Source: Vulcanimicrobiota bacterium (GTDB lineage Bacteria > Vulcanimicrobiota > Xenobia > Xenobiales > JADMJV01). From it: DNA of 64,000 nucleotides. Of the stretch, positions 56,678 to 64,000 are shown piece after piece; the stretch's first letter is position 1; every line of letters begins with the position of its first letter. A program made the position numbers and the translations under genes. Where the stretch lies: contig JBFWNU010000004.1 in the NCBI GenBank assembly GCA_050250895.1, forward strand, positions 398,934 through 462,933. Direction: 5' to 3'. The notes under the pieces were generated by a model. It was not told the DNA's origin. It did not search any database and was given only the letters and a program-made list of their open reading frames with translations.

Positions 56678-57063
56678 AACTTTTGCTCGACACCAACACC
56701 TACGTAGCTTTAAGGAATGGAAAGCCCGAAGTCGTCACTCTCGTCAGAGAGGCCGAGTCCATCGTGCTGTCGGCCGTCGTGGTCGGGGAGTTGCTCTTCG
56801 GTTTTCGGCACGGAAACCGGTTTCGCGCGAATGCATCAAGCCTCGAAGACTTTATCGATCAACCTCAGGTCTCTCTAAAAGACGTAACCTACTCGACCGC
56901 CAACCAATTCGGGGTCATTTCTTCGACCCTGCGAAAACGCGGCACACCCATTCCTACCAACGACATCTGGATCGCGAGCCACGTTCTAGAGACTGGGAGC
57001 GAGCTTCTCACCTACGACAAGCACTTCGATAGAATCGATAACCTACCTAAGATCGTTCTATGA
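56674..57063 (+). CDS. vapC: PIN-domain toxin VapC
   Basis: LLLDTN, VVGEL, GTPIPTNDIWIA, LLTYDKHF. Confidence 0.92.
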   Translation: MKLLLDTNTYVALRNGKPEVVTLVREAESIVLSAVVVGELLFGFRHGNRFRANASSLEDFIDQPQVSLKDVTYSTANQFGVISSTLRKRGTPIPTNDIWIASHVLETGSELLTYDKHFDRIDNLPKIVL

Positions 57064-57219
57064 ACCCCGGGAACTCGATGCCTGCGAAGATGGGCCCCTA
57101 GCGAATCTTGGCGGCCCGTCCTTCGGCCGGCTGCGAGGCCGTAGAACTGCTCTCGTTGAGCCGTCCGGCCACGGCGACTGCGAAGCACTCCCTAAAGTGA
57201 ACGGACGAAAGACAAAGCA

Positions 57220-58080
57220 CTAGCTCTTCGACTTGAGGGGCAGAAAGACATCGGTCTCGAGGTCGCACTCGGGCACCTCAGGGAAGAGGTTGAGATACTG
57301 GAAGAATACGGGAAAATCTCTCACCTCGCGGCCGCTCTCGGGTAGCCAGTTGCGATAGAGGTAATACACCGTCTCACCGATCAGGTCGTGGGAACCCCGA
57401 TGACGAGCCACGGCGCACTCTCCACCGGGGATGGTCTTGGTGATGACTCCCTGGGGGTTATCCGGCACGGGAGCGTCGACGGCTCCGCAGATGTCGAACC
57501 GAAACTCCTCGGGGGGGACGCCTTCGGGATCGTCATAGCAGACGCCGAAGGTGGCCTTAGAAGCGATGGGCGACAGGCCGGTGGCTTTGCGCCAGCTGAT
57601 GAACTGCTGCACGGTCTCGAGCAGCCGAGAAGGCGCTCCGCGATGCTCGAGCACGGCCACCGGGGTGGTTTCAAAGGGGACGATTGTGACTTGCATGATA
57701 GCTCCTTGGGTGGGGGTGGGAAACTGATAGTGCTGGTGCCACGGCTCCCACTCGGGACAGCGACGAAAAGCGCTGGGGGCCTGTCCGAAGTTGCGCTTGA
57801 AGGCGCGTGAAAAGGCCCCCGAGCTCTCGAAGCCGGCCTCGAGGGCGATGTCGAGCACCGTCGAACCCGGGTCGAATACCAAACGATAAGAAGCCCGCTT
57901 GAGGCGAAGCAACTGCACGTATTGATAGAGACTGATGCCGACGAAGTCGCGGAACAGCCGATGGAAATGGAACTTCGACAAACTGGCCACCGAGCTCAGT
58001 TGCTCGAGCGACAGGTCGTCTTCGAGGTGGGCCGCGATGTAGTCGCAGACCCTCGTCATTCGCTCCTGATAGGTTTCCAT
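57220..58080 (-). CDS. AraC family regulator with GyrI-like effector domain
   Basis: LSKFHFHRLF, IALEAGFES..AFSRAFK, HRG, YDDP, LYRNWLP. Confidence 0.92.
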   Translation of the reverse strand: METYQERMTRVCDYIAAHLEDDLSLEQLSSVASLSKFHFHRLFRDFVGISLYQYVQLLRLKRASYRLVFDPGSTVLDIALEAGFESSGAFSRAFKRNFGQAPSAFRRCPEWEPWHQHYQFPTPTQGAIMQVTIVPFETTPVAVLEHRGAPSRLLETVQQFISWRKATGLSPIASKATFGVCYDDPEGVPPEEFRFDICGAVDAPVPDNPQGVITKTIPGGECAVARHRGSHDLIGETVYYLYRNWLPESGREVRDFPVFFQYLNLFPEVPECDLETDVFLPLKSKS

Positions 58081-58155
58081 CGTCAACACGCCCTGATTAT
58101 GTCCCAACCACCGGGGCCCGTCATGACCGATCTTGCGGACCTGTCCGCCTCTGGG

Positions 58156-58345
58156 CTAGCCGGTCGGCGAGGTTAGAAAGTCTATTCCGTAGGCGGACAT
58201 CCCTTCAGGATGGCGCTCCGCGTAGGCCACCAGGGCTCTCGCCACCTCCGCAAAAAAATGCCTCGGAAGTGTGTAGGGCACGATGAGGACCCCGTAGTGT
58301 GGCTCCTGGTTCTCGAAAAAGCTTACCGTCAAGCGGATGAAGAAC
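58156..58345 (-). pseudogene. C-terminal remnant of a DUF5615-like PIN toxin
   Basis: FIRLTVSFFENQEPHYGVLIV...VARAL resembles the C-terminal half; the N-terminal catalytic segment is absent. Confidence 0.45.
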
Positions 58346-58649
58346 ATTGCGTGAAGGGAAAGGCCTCCCAGACCTGCTCGGGGCTCTCCCATTGCCGCTC
58401 GATGGCTTTGCGTTGTTCTATCTCCTCAGGATAGGCCGAGAAGTAGGCTAAAGCCACTTGCAACTGGTGGGGGGTCATGCCCGGGAAAGCCTCCCTCACC
58501 ACGGCCATATCACCATTCGCCCCCTCCAGGGTCAGGGCGACCTCGAAGACATCGATTCCTGTTCCTGCGACGCGGGCCCGCCGTCCGGATGCCCCATCCA
58601 CAAAAACGACCCCGGGTATCCTCCGCATACGAACGGCTTCCTCCAGCAT
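58329..58649 (-). CDS. DUF433 family antitoxin-like protein (possibly N-truncated)
   Basis: PGVVFVDGASGRRARVAGTGIDVFEV...QLQVALAYFSAYPEEI. Confidence 0.75.
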   Translation of the reverse strand: MLEEAVRMRRIPGVVFVDGASGRRARVAGTGIDVFEVALTLEGANGDMAVVREAFPGMTPHQLQVALAYFSAYPEEIEQRKAIERQWESPEQVWEAFPFTQCSSSA

Positions 58650-58658
58650 TTCGTTAGA

Positions 58659-59969
58659 TTAGGCGTGGCTGGGCACCAGGGCGGGCTCGACTACTCCGGC
58701 GCAGACACCGAAGCCGATGGAGCGATAGCCCTCGCGCTGGCAGCGTCCTCGCAAGATCACTTCGTCGCCATCGAGCAGGAAGGTGCGCTTCTCGCCAGTG
58801 GGCAATTCGAGTTGTTTGCGAGGCTGGTCGGGTCCGTCCCAGGTCAGCTCTAGCAGACAGCCACGCGACCCGGGCTCGGGCCCGCTGACCGTGCCGCTGG
58901 CCAGCAGGTCGCCGGGGTTGAGCGCGCAGCCGTTCGAGGCGTGGTGAGTCACCATCTGAGCCACGGTCCAGTACATGTGGCGAAAGCTTCCCTGGCTCAA
59001 CCGCATCGGCTCGAGGTTGCGCTCGGCCATCTGAGCCGACCGCAGCAGCACTTCAAGAGTGATGTCGACCCCGCCTCGCGCCTGGTCCTGAGGGTCGGCC
59101 AGGTAAGGGAGAGGAGCGGGGTCCCCCTCGGGCCGCTCGAAAGCGGGGCAGCGGAAGGGAGCCAGCGCCTCCATGGTGACCACGAAAGGGCTGACGGTGG
59201 TGCAGAAACTCTTGGCCAGGAAGGGCCCCAGCGGCTGGTATTCCCAGCGCTGAATATCGCGAGCCGACCAATCGTTGACCAGACACAGCCCGAAGAGATG
59301 GTCTTCGGCCTGGCCGATGGCCACGGTCTCACCCATCGGGTTCGGCTTGCCCACGTAGACCCCGACCTCGAGTTCATAGTCCATCAGCTTGGACGGCTCG
59401 CGCACGGGGGCGGCATCGCCAGCCTGGAGCTGGCCGCTGGGTCGGCGCACCGGCGTGCCGCTGGGGACCACGGTCGAGGCCCGGCCGTGGTAGGCTACCG
59501 GCACGTATTTCCAGTTGGGCAACAGGGGATTGTCAGGACGAAACATCGAGCCGACGTTGGTAGCGTGGTGCACCGAGGCGTAAAAGTCGGTGTAATCGCC
59601 GATCTCGAAGGGGCACAGATACTTCATACCCTGTTGGGGCCGCAGGGCTTTGGCGCGCAACGCGCTGTGGTCGCGCAGCTCTGGATTGTCAGCCCGCAAC
59701 AACTGGCTCAAGCGTAGGCGCAGAGCCTGCCGCTGACCGGAAGCGGCGAACTCGTTGAGGGAACCCGTCAGCAGCCCCGGCGCCTCGACCAATCCCGCCG
59801 ACGCCAATTCGTAAAGGTCGAGAATCTGGTCCTCGATGGCCACTCCCAGACGGGCTTTGCCCTCATGCAAGAAACGGCAGAACGGCAAGTTCTGGATGGG
59901 AAAGTCGGTAGCCTGGGCGGGCTCTACCCAGCTGGTTAGATTCGGGTCATGGGTCGCGTCGATATTCAA
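58659..59969 (-). CDS. fahA: Fumarylacetoacetase
   Basis: DFPIQNLPF, GDYTDFYAS.HHA, YHGRAS, DYELE, NDWSARDIQ.WE..PLGPF, GCLLE. Confidence 0.95.
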   Translation of the reverse strand: MNIDATHDPNLTSWVEPAQATDFPIQNLPFCRFLHEGKARLGVAIEDQILDLYELASAGLVEAPGLLTGSLNEFAASGQRQALRLRLSQLLRADNPELRDHSALRAKALRPQQGMKYLCPFEIGDYTDFYASVHHATNVGSMFRPDNPLLPNWKYVPVAYHGRASTVVPSGTPVRRPSGQLQAGDAAPVREPSKLMDYELEVGVYVGKPNPMGETVAIGQAEDHLFGLCLVNDWSARDIQRWEYQPLGPFLAKSFCTTVSPFVVTMEALAPFRCPAFERPEGDPAPLPYLADPQDQARGGVDITLEVLLRSAQMAERNLEPMRLSQGSFRHMYWTVAQMVTHHASNGCALNPGDLLASGTVSGPEPGSRGCLLELTWDGPDQPRKQLELPTGEKRTFLLDGDEVILRGRCQREGYRSIGFGVCAGVVEPALVPSHA

Positions 59970-60037
59970 GAGAAGCCTCCGGGAAAGTGGGTATCAAAGA
60001 CTCCCTTTCCCGCTGGCCCCCAGACCGAAACCGAGGC

Positions 60038-60871
60038 CTAAAGCCAGCCGAGTTGCTCGAGGTCCTGCAAAGGCTCGACAAACGAGCAGGAGCCAAAGCT
60101 CCGCAAACGCTGGCGATGACTCTCGAGCTGCGCCAGGCTGACCTCGAGATCGCGCCAGCTGGCCCCCTGCTCCTCGAAACGAAAAGCCCCGGGGTCAGAG
60201 TCCGCCAGCACCTCGACCAGCCTGGGGGCGGGCGCCACCGCGGGCCCGAGAAAGAGATTGACGAAGCCGTGCATGGCAGCCGTTCCCCCTTCGACCGGTC
60301 GCAGACCGGGCAGGGGATGGTGAAGGCCGGCGGTGGCTTTGAGGGCAACTCCCGCCTGGGCGCAGGCCGTCACCAGGGCGGCCACCCGCTCGACCGTGGG
60401 GAAGTTCTCGGGCGAAAGCCCTCCCGTTCTGAGCTTGGCCGCCGCGCCAAGCTTGGCCACCTGGGCCACGAAAGCCTCGATGGGTTCATCCGAGCCGAGC
60501 TCAAGGTAAAGCTCCACCTCGTCTAGCTCCAGAGGCGCGACGGGGCGCGCTTGCGATTCGATGGCCACGACCCGGACCTTGCCGCCGGCCGTGACGGCTC
60601 GCACCCGCTCCAGGGTCTCGTCGAGAGGTAAAGTGGCGATGGCCGACACCTCCCAGAGGTCATCGTCGGGCCCAAGGTGTTCGACCAATTCTTCGAGGCG
60701 ATTGACCGGACACACGAACGTGCCCAGGGCCCAGCTGTAGGGACCGCTCTGATAGCTTCGATAATCGGCCACCGCCCGGGCCATGTCCTGGCGGGCTGGG
60801 GGAAACAAGCCGGCATAATCGATCAGCTTGGAAAGAAGAACCTTGAGAGAGTCGGTAGCCGTCACATTCAT
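60038..60871 (-). CDS. Conserved hypothetical protein adjacent to fahA
   Basis: LIDYAGLFPPA, KLRTGG, KATAGLHHP, HGFVN, SFGSCSF. Confidence 0.8.
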   Translation of the reverse strand: MNVTATDSLKVLLSKLIDYAGLFPPARQDMARAVADYRSYQSGPYSWALGTFVCPVNRLEELVEHLGPDDDLWEVSAIATLPLDETLERVRAVTAGGKVRVVAIESQARPVAPLELDEVELYLELGSDEPIEAFVAQVAKLGAAAKLRTGGLSPENFPTVERVAALVTACAQAGVALKATAGLHHPLPGLRPVEGGTAAMHGFVNLFLGPAVAPAPRLVEVLADSDPGAFRFEEQGASWRDLEVSLAQLESHRQRLRSFGSCSFVEPLQDLEQLGWL

Positions 60872-60913
60872 GCTGTGAGGTTACCCGACTCTGCTCGACC
60901 CGAATCCTGACCG

Positions 60914-61414
60914 TCAGTCGTAGACCACGCGAATCGGCAAAGAACGCTCGAAGTTGGCGTAGTCGCGCCGGAAGGCGACCTCGTCGCTGGCGCTTTCAAG
61001 CCCGAAAGTGATCTGTTCGGCCTCATGCCCGCGCACCGTGGGGACGAGGCTAGCCAGGCTCAGGGCCACACCGCCCCCCACGCCGCCAATCAGGGCCGGG
61101 GTCGAAGCCCATTCGGGGCCAAAGACGGCGGCCGCCGCACCGGCCAGGGTCAGAGCCATCCCTCCCAGACGCATGGCTGTCCCTGTGGCCTGGTCGGCCG
61201 CGGCCTGATCTCCGAGAGAGCGACAGATGAATTCGCGGCTCTGTCCGCTCAGGGCCTTGAGCCGATCGTTCCAGGCGGAATCTCCGCGCTCACTAGAAAG
61301 GACAATGTCCAGATGCGAAGGGTCGGCTTCGTAGAGTTCGATGTCGAGCCGGGGACGCCCGATCTCGGGTCCGATCCGCAACCGGCTGGGGGGGTGATTA
61401 TTTAAAACGTTCAT
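60914..61414 (-). CDS. Hypothetical protein with hydrophobic hairpin
   Basis: AGGAG RBS before ATG 61414; two Gly/Ala-rich hydrophobic segments. Confidence 0.55.
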   Translation of the reverse strand: MNVLNNHPPSRLRIGPEIGRPRLDIELYEADPSHLDIVLSSERGDSAWNDRLKALSGQSREFICRSLGDQAAADQATGTAMRLGGMALTLAGAAAAVFGPEWASTPALIGGVGGGVALSLASLVPTVRGHEAEQITFGLESASDEVAFRRDYANFERSLPIRVVYD

Positions 61415-61465
61415 GGCGTGATACACTCCTGCCACTACAACCTAACAACCCACCCTGAAAATTTC

Positions 61466-61888
61466 TTACACCTGCTCAGGATCCGAGCCTCGCAGCCCGT
61501 AGAGCAAAAGCCCGACGCCGGCCAGGGCGGCTGCCGACAGCGAGTATAACAAGAACGCGACCAGGGCTTCCTGCGGCCCGTCGGCGGCCGGTTCGCCCCC
61601 GGCGATTGGCATCAAGCGGGTCGCCCGCCAGTAGGCCCCCAGCAAGGTGCCGATCCAATTGGCGTAGTTGGCGTAAATGATCAAACCCTTCGCCAGCTTT
61701 CCCTGCAGCTCGGTCAACCGGAAGAGGCTCCAGGATACGGCCACCAGACCGATGAGAAGCCCTCCCTCGACGGCCACCAGATGGGCCGACAGTCCCAGCC
61801 GAGGGCGGGCCATGGTGGGAATCAGGATTCCGCCGAAGAGACCCAGCAAGATCAATAAGAGTCCAGCACGCAGCAAGTTTCTGTCCAT
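61466..61888 (-). CDS. 4-TM membrane protein (StyC/styrene oxide isomerase-like)
   Basis: PRLGLSAHL..V.GG, Y.NYANW motifs. Confidence 0.65.
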   Translation of the reverse strand: MDRNLLRAGLLLILLGLFGGILIPTMARPRLGLSAHLVAVEGGLLIGLVAVSWSLFRLTELQGKLAKGLIIYANYANWIGTLLGAYWRATRLMPIAGGEPAADGPQEALVAFLLYSLSAAALAGVGLLLYGLRGSDPEQV

Positions 61889-62032
61889 CTCCGAGCATTC
61901 CTCGACCGGCTCCGGCCGCCTGCTCGTTGGGGGCGCGCCCGCCCCCGCCCGACCGCCCTAAGTTAACAATCTCGTAGCAAGCCCGCCCCCCAGGCCCGAT
62001 AGTATCGCAAGCAACACCCACAGGAGACCGCT

Positions 62033-64000
62033 ATGAGGATTTCACCGAGCCAGCTGCCCTCGACGCAGCCGCGGCGAAAAACCAGGCGGTCCGACCTGAT
62101 GCTCTCCACCACCACCGACCAGCTGTCCAGCAGGGGGTTGCCGCCGCGCATCGCCATGGCCAGCCCAGAGAAAGTCGCCGCCCTGGCCAAGCAGCTCGAG
62201 GGGGTGGAACACGAGCCCGGCCAGGTGCTGGTGCGCTTCCACCGCCCCGTCGATGTCCAGGCCGACTACGGCGCCAGCCTGGTCGAGCGGTTCGACCTGC
62301 CAGGACTGGTGCGGCTAGAAGTTCCCGCCGGCATCGAGCTGGCCGAAGCCCTGGTTGCCCTGCGCGACGATCCGCGAGTAGCCTACGCCGAGCCCAATCA
62401 CCTGGCCCACCTGGCCAACCAGCCCAACGACCTGATTCCCCAGCTGTGGAACCTCGACAACCAGGGCCAGAGCGGCGGCGCCCCCGGGGCCGACATCAGC
62501 GCCCTCGAGGCCTGGAAGGTCTCCACCGGCGACCATCAGACGGCGCCCCTGGTGGCCATTATCGACACCGGCGTCGACTACACCCACCCCGACTTGCGGG
62601 CCAACATCTGGAAGAACCCCGGCGAGGTTCCCGATGACGGGATCGACAACGACCACAACGGGGTGATCGACGACTATCACGGCTTCAACGCTATCGACGA
62701 AGACGGCGACCCCCAAGACGTGCACGGCCACGGGACCCATGTGGCCGGCACGATCGCGGCCGAAGGAAACAACCACTTCGGCGTGGTGGGAGTGGCCTGG
62801 CAGGCCAACCTGATGCCGATTCGGGTCTTCAACGAGCATGGCGTGGCCAGCGCCGCCACCATTTTGCGCGGTATTCTCTACGCGGCCAGGATGGGAGCCG
62901 AGGTCACCAACAACAGCTGGACCTCGGTGCTACCCAACCAGGCCGTCAAAGACGCCTTTGCCTCTTGGGACGCCCTGCACATCTGCGCGGCCGGCAATAA
63001 CAACTACTTCACCGACCGCCAACCCGCCTATCCGATGGGTTACGATTTACCCAACATCGTCTCGGTGGGGGCCACCGACCACAACGACCAGCGGTCGGCC
63101 TTCTCGAACTATGGCCCCAAAAGCGTCGACGTGATGGCTCCTGGCACCGACATCTTCTCGACCTTGCCGGGGGGCAACTACGGACGGATGAGCGGCACCT
63201 CGATGGCCACTCCGCATGTGACCGGGCTGGTCAGCTTGATCAAGGGCGCCCACCCGGGCATCACCAACCAGCAAGTGCTCGACCGCCTGCGGTTCTCGAG
63301 TGACCCGGTCGTAGCCCTGGCCGAGACCAGCGGCAGCGGCGGGCGAATCAATGCCGGTCGGGCCGTCGAGCATGACACAGTGGCTCCGGCCGCGCCCAAC
63401 GACTTTGGGGTGAGCCAGGCCACTTCGCGCCGGGTCGAGCTGGGCTGGACGGCCAGTGGCGACGACGGCTGGTGCCACGGCCCGGCCGTTGGCTATGAGG
63501 TGCACTTGAGCGAGCGTCCGCTCGAGCAACTCGATGCAGGCAACCTGGTCAGTCAGGGCAGGCTCGGGGCTACCGGCCAGCTCGAATCGGTGAGGTTGCC
63601 ATTCGCGGTCGACGACCAGCACGACCGCACTTACTATGCCGCCATGCAAATGGTCGACAAGGTCGGCAATCGCTCCGAGGCGCGCCTGACCAGCTTTGTC
63701 GTTCCGGCCGCTCGCACCCATCTGAGCGATGACTTCGATGGCGAGCTCAAGGGGTGGACCGCCGAGGGCAGCTGGCAAAGGGCGGCCGTGGAAGGCCGAG
63801 GCCTGGTGTGGAAATCCAACCAGGACCACTATGACCACAACCTGAGCATGAGCCTGATGAGCCCGGTCATCGACCTCCGCCAGGCCCGCGGTTCGCTGCT
63901 GACCTATGAGGCTAGTTACAGCCTGGCCCTCGGCGATGTGGGCTTTGTCGAAGTGACCGACGACGGCGGCCAGAGCTGGACCTCGGTGCGCAGCATGAAT
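62033..64000 (+). CDS. S8 subtilisin-like serine protease with FN3-like domain (truncated at window end)
   Basis: Manual translation: AGGAG RBS, MRISPSQLP..., IIDTGVDYTHPDL, HGHGTHVAGTI, AAGN, SGTSMATPHV, WTASGDD; no stop in the window, so absent from the ORF track. Confidence 0.92.
   Translation, partial: MRISPSQLPSTQPRRKTRRSDLMLSTTTDQLSSRGLPPRIAMASPEKVAALAKQLEGVEHEPGQVLVRFHRPVDVQADYGASLVERFDLPGLVRLEVPAGIELAEALVALRDDPRVAYAEPNHLAHLANQPNDLIPQLWNLDNQGQSGGAPGADISALEAWKVSTGDHQTAPLVAIIDTGVDYTHPDLRANIWKNPGEVPDDGIDNDHNGVIDDYHGFNAIDEDGDPQDVHGHGTHVAGTIAAEGNNHFGVVGVAWQANLMPIRVFNEHGVASAATILRGILYAARMGAEVTNNSWTSVLPNQAVKDAFASWDALHICAAGNNNYFTDRQPAYPMGYDLPNIVSVGATDHNDQRSAFSNYGPKSVDVMAPGTDIFSTLPGGNYGRMSGTSMATPHVTGLVSLIKGAHPGITNQQVLDRLRFSSDPVVALAETSGSGGRINAGRAVEHDTVAPAAPNDFGVSQATSRRVELGWTASGDDGWCHGPAVGYEVHLSERPLEQLDAGNLVSQGRLGATGQLESVRLPFAVDDQHDRTYYAAMQMVDKVGNRSEARLTSFVVPAARTHLSDDFDGELKGWTAEGSWQRAAVEGRGLVWKSNQDHYDHNLSMSLMSPVIDLRQARGSLLTYEASYSLALGDVGFVEVTDDGGQSWTSVRSMN

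Noticed and set aside
61977-62002. Sigma-28-like promoter (GCAA...CCCGATAG) before the subtilase
   Set aside because: The -35 match is poor, the spacing is off-consensus and there is no second example in the window.

Overview
GC-rich bacterial window with about 55 genes, running from the 5' part of mutS2 to a truncated S8 subtilase. The gene content resembles Eremiobacterota/Vulcanimicrobiota-like lineages, but that is an unverified inference. The main candidate for a novel system is a RiPP-like cluster at about 26.9-37.1 kb. A precursor with seven tandem 17-aa cassettes (L[N/D]FDTQVAGGSRPRGPE) heads an operon with two fold-III PLP enzymes, an arginase with an N-terminal RRE-like extension and a fold-I PLP enzyme. 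A convergent operon encodes an M3-type peptidase and two 2OG-Fe(II) oxygenases. Other observations: (1) two orphan BrxD modules, one with an Lhr-like helicase, whose partner proteins share a C-terminal wHTH domain; (2) a duplicated ~150-nt structured sRNA candidate with its own promoter and terminator; (3) a C-terminal motif shared by three unrelated proteins, two of which also share an ECF-like promoter. The window also holds a surface-glycosylation cluster, a VapBC pair and a decayed DUF433/PIN pair. All family calls come from motif recognition by eye; no database searches were run.
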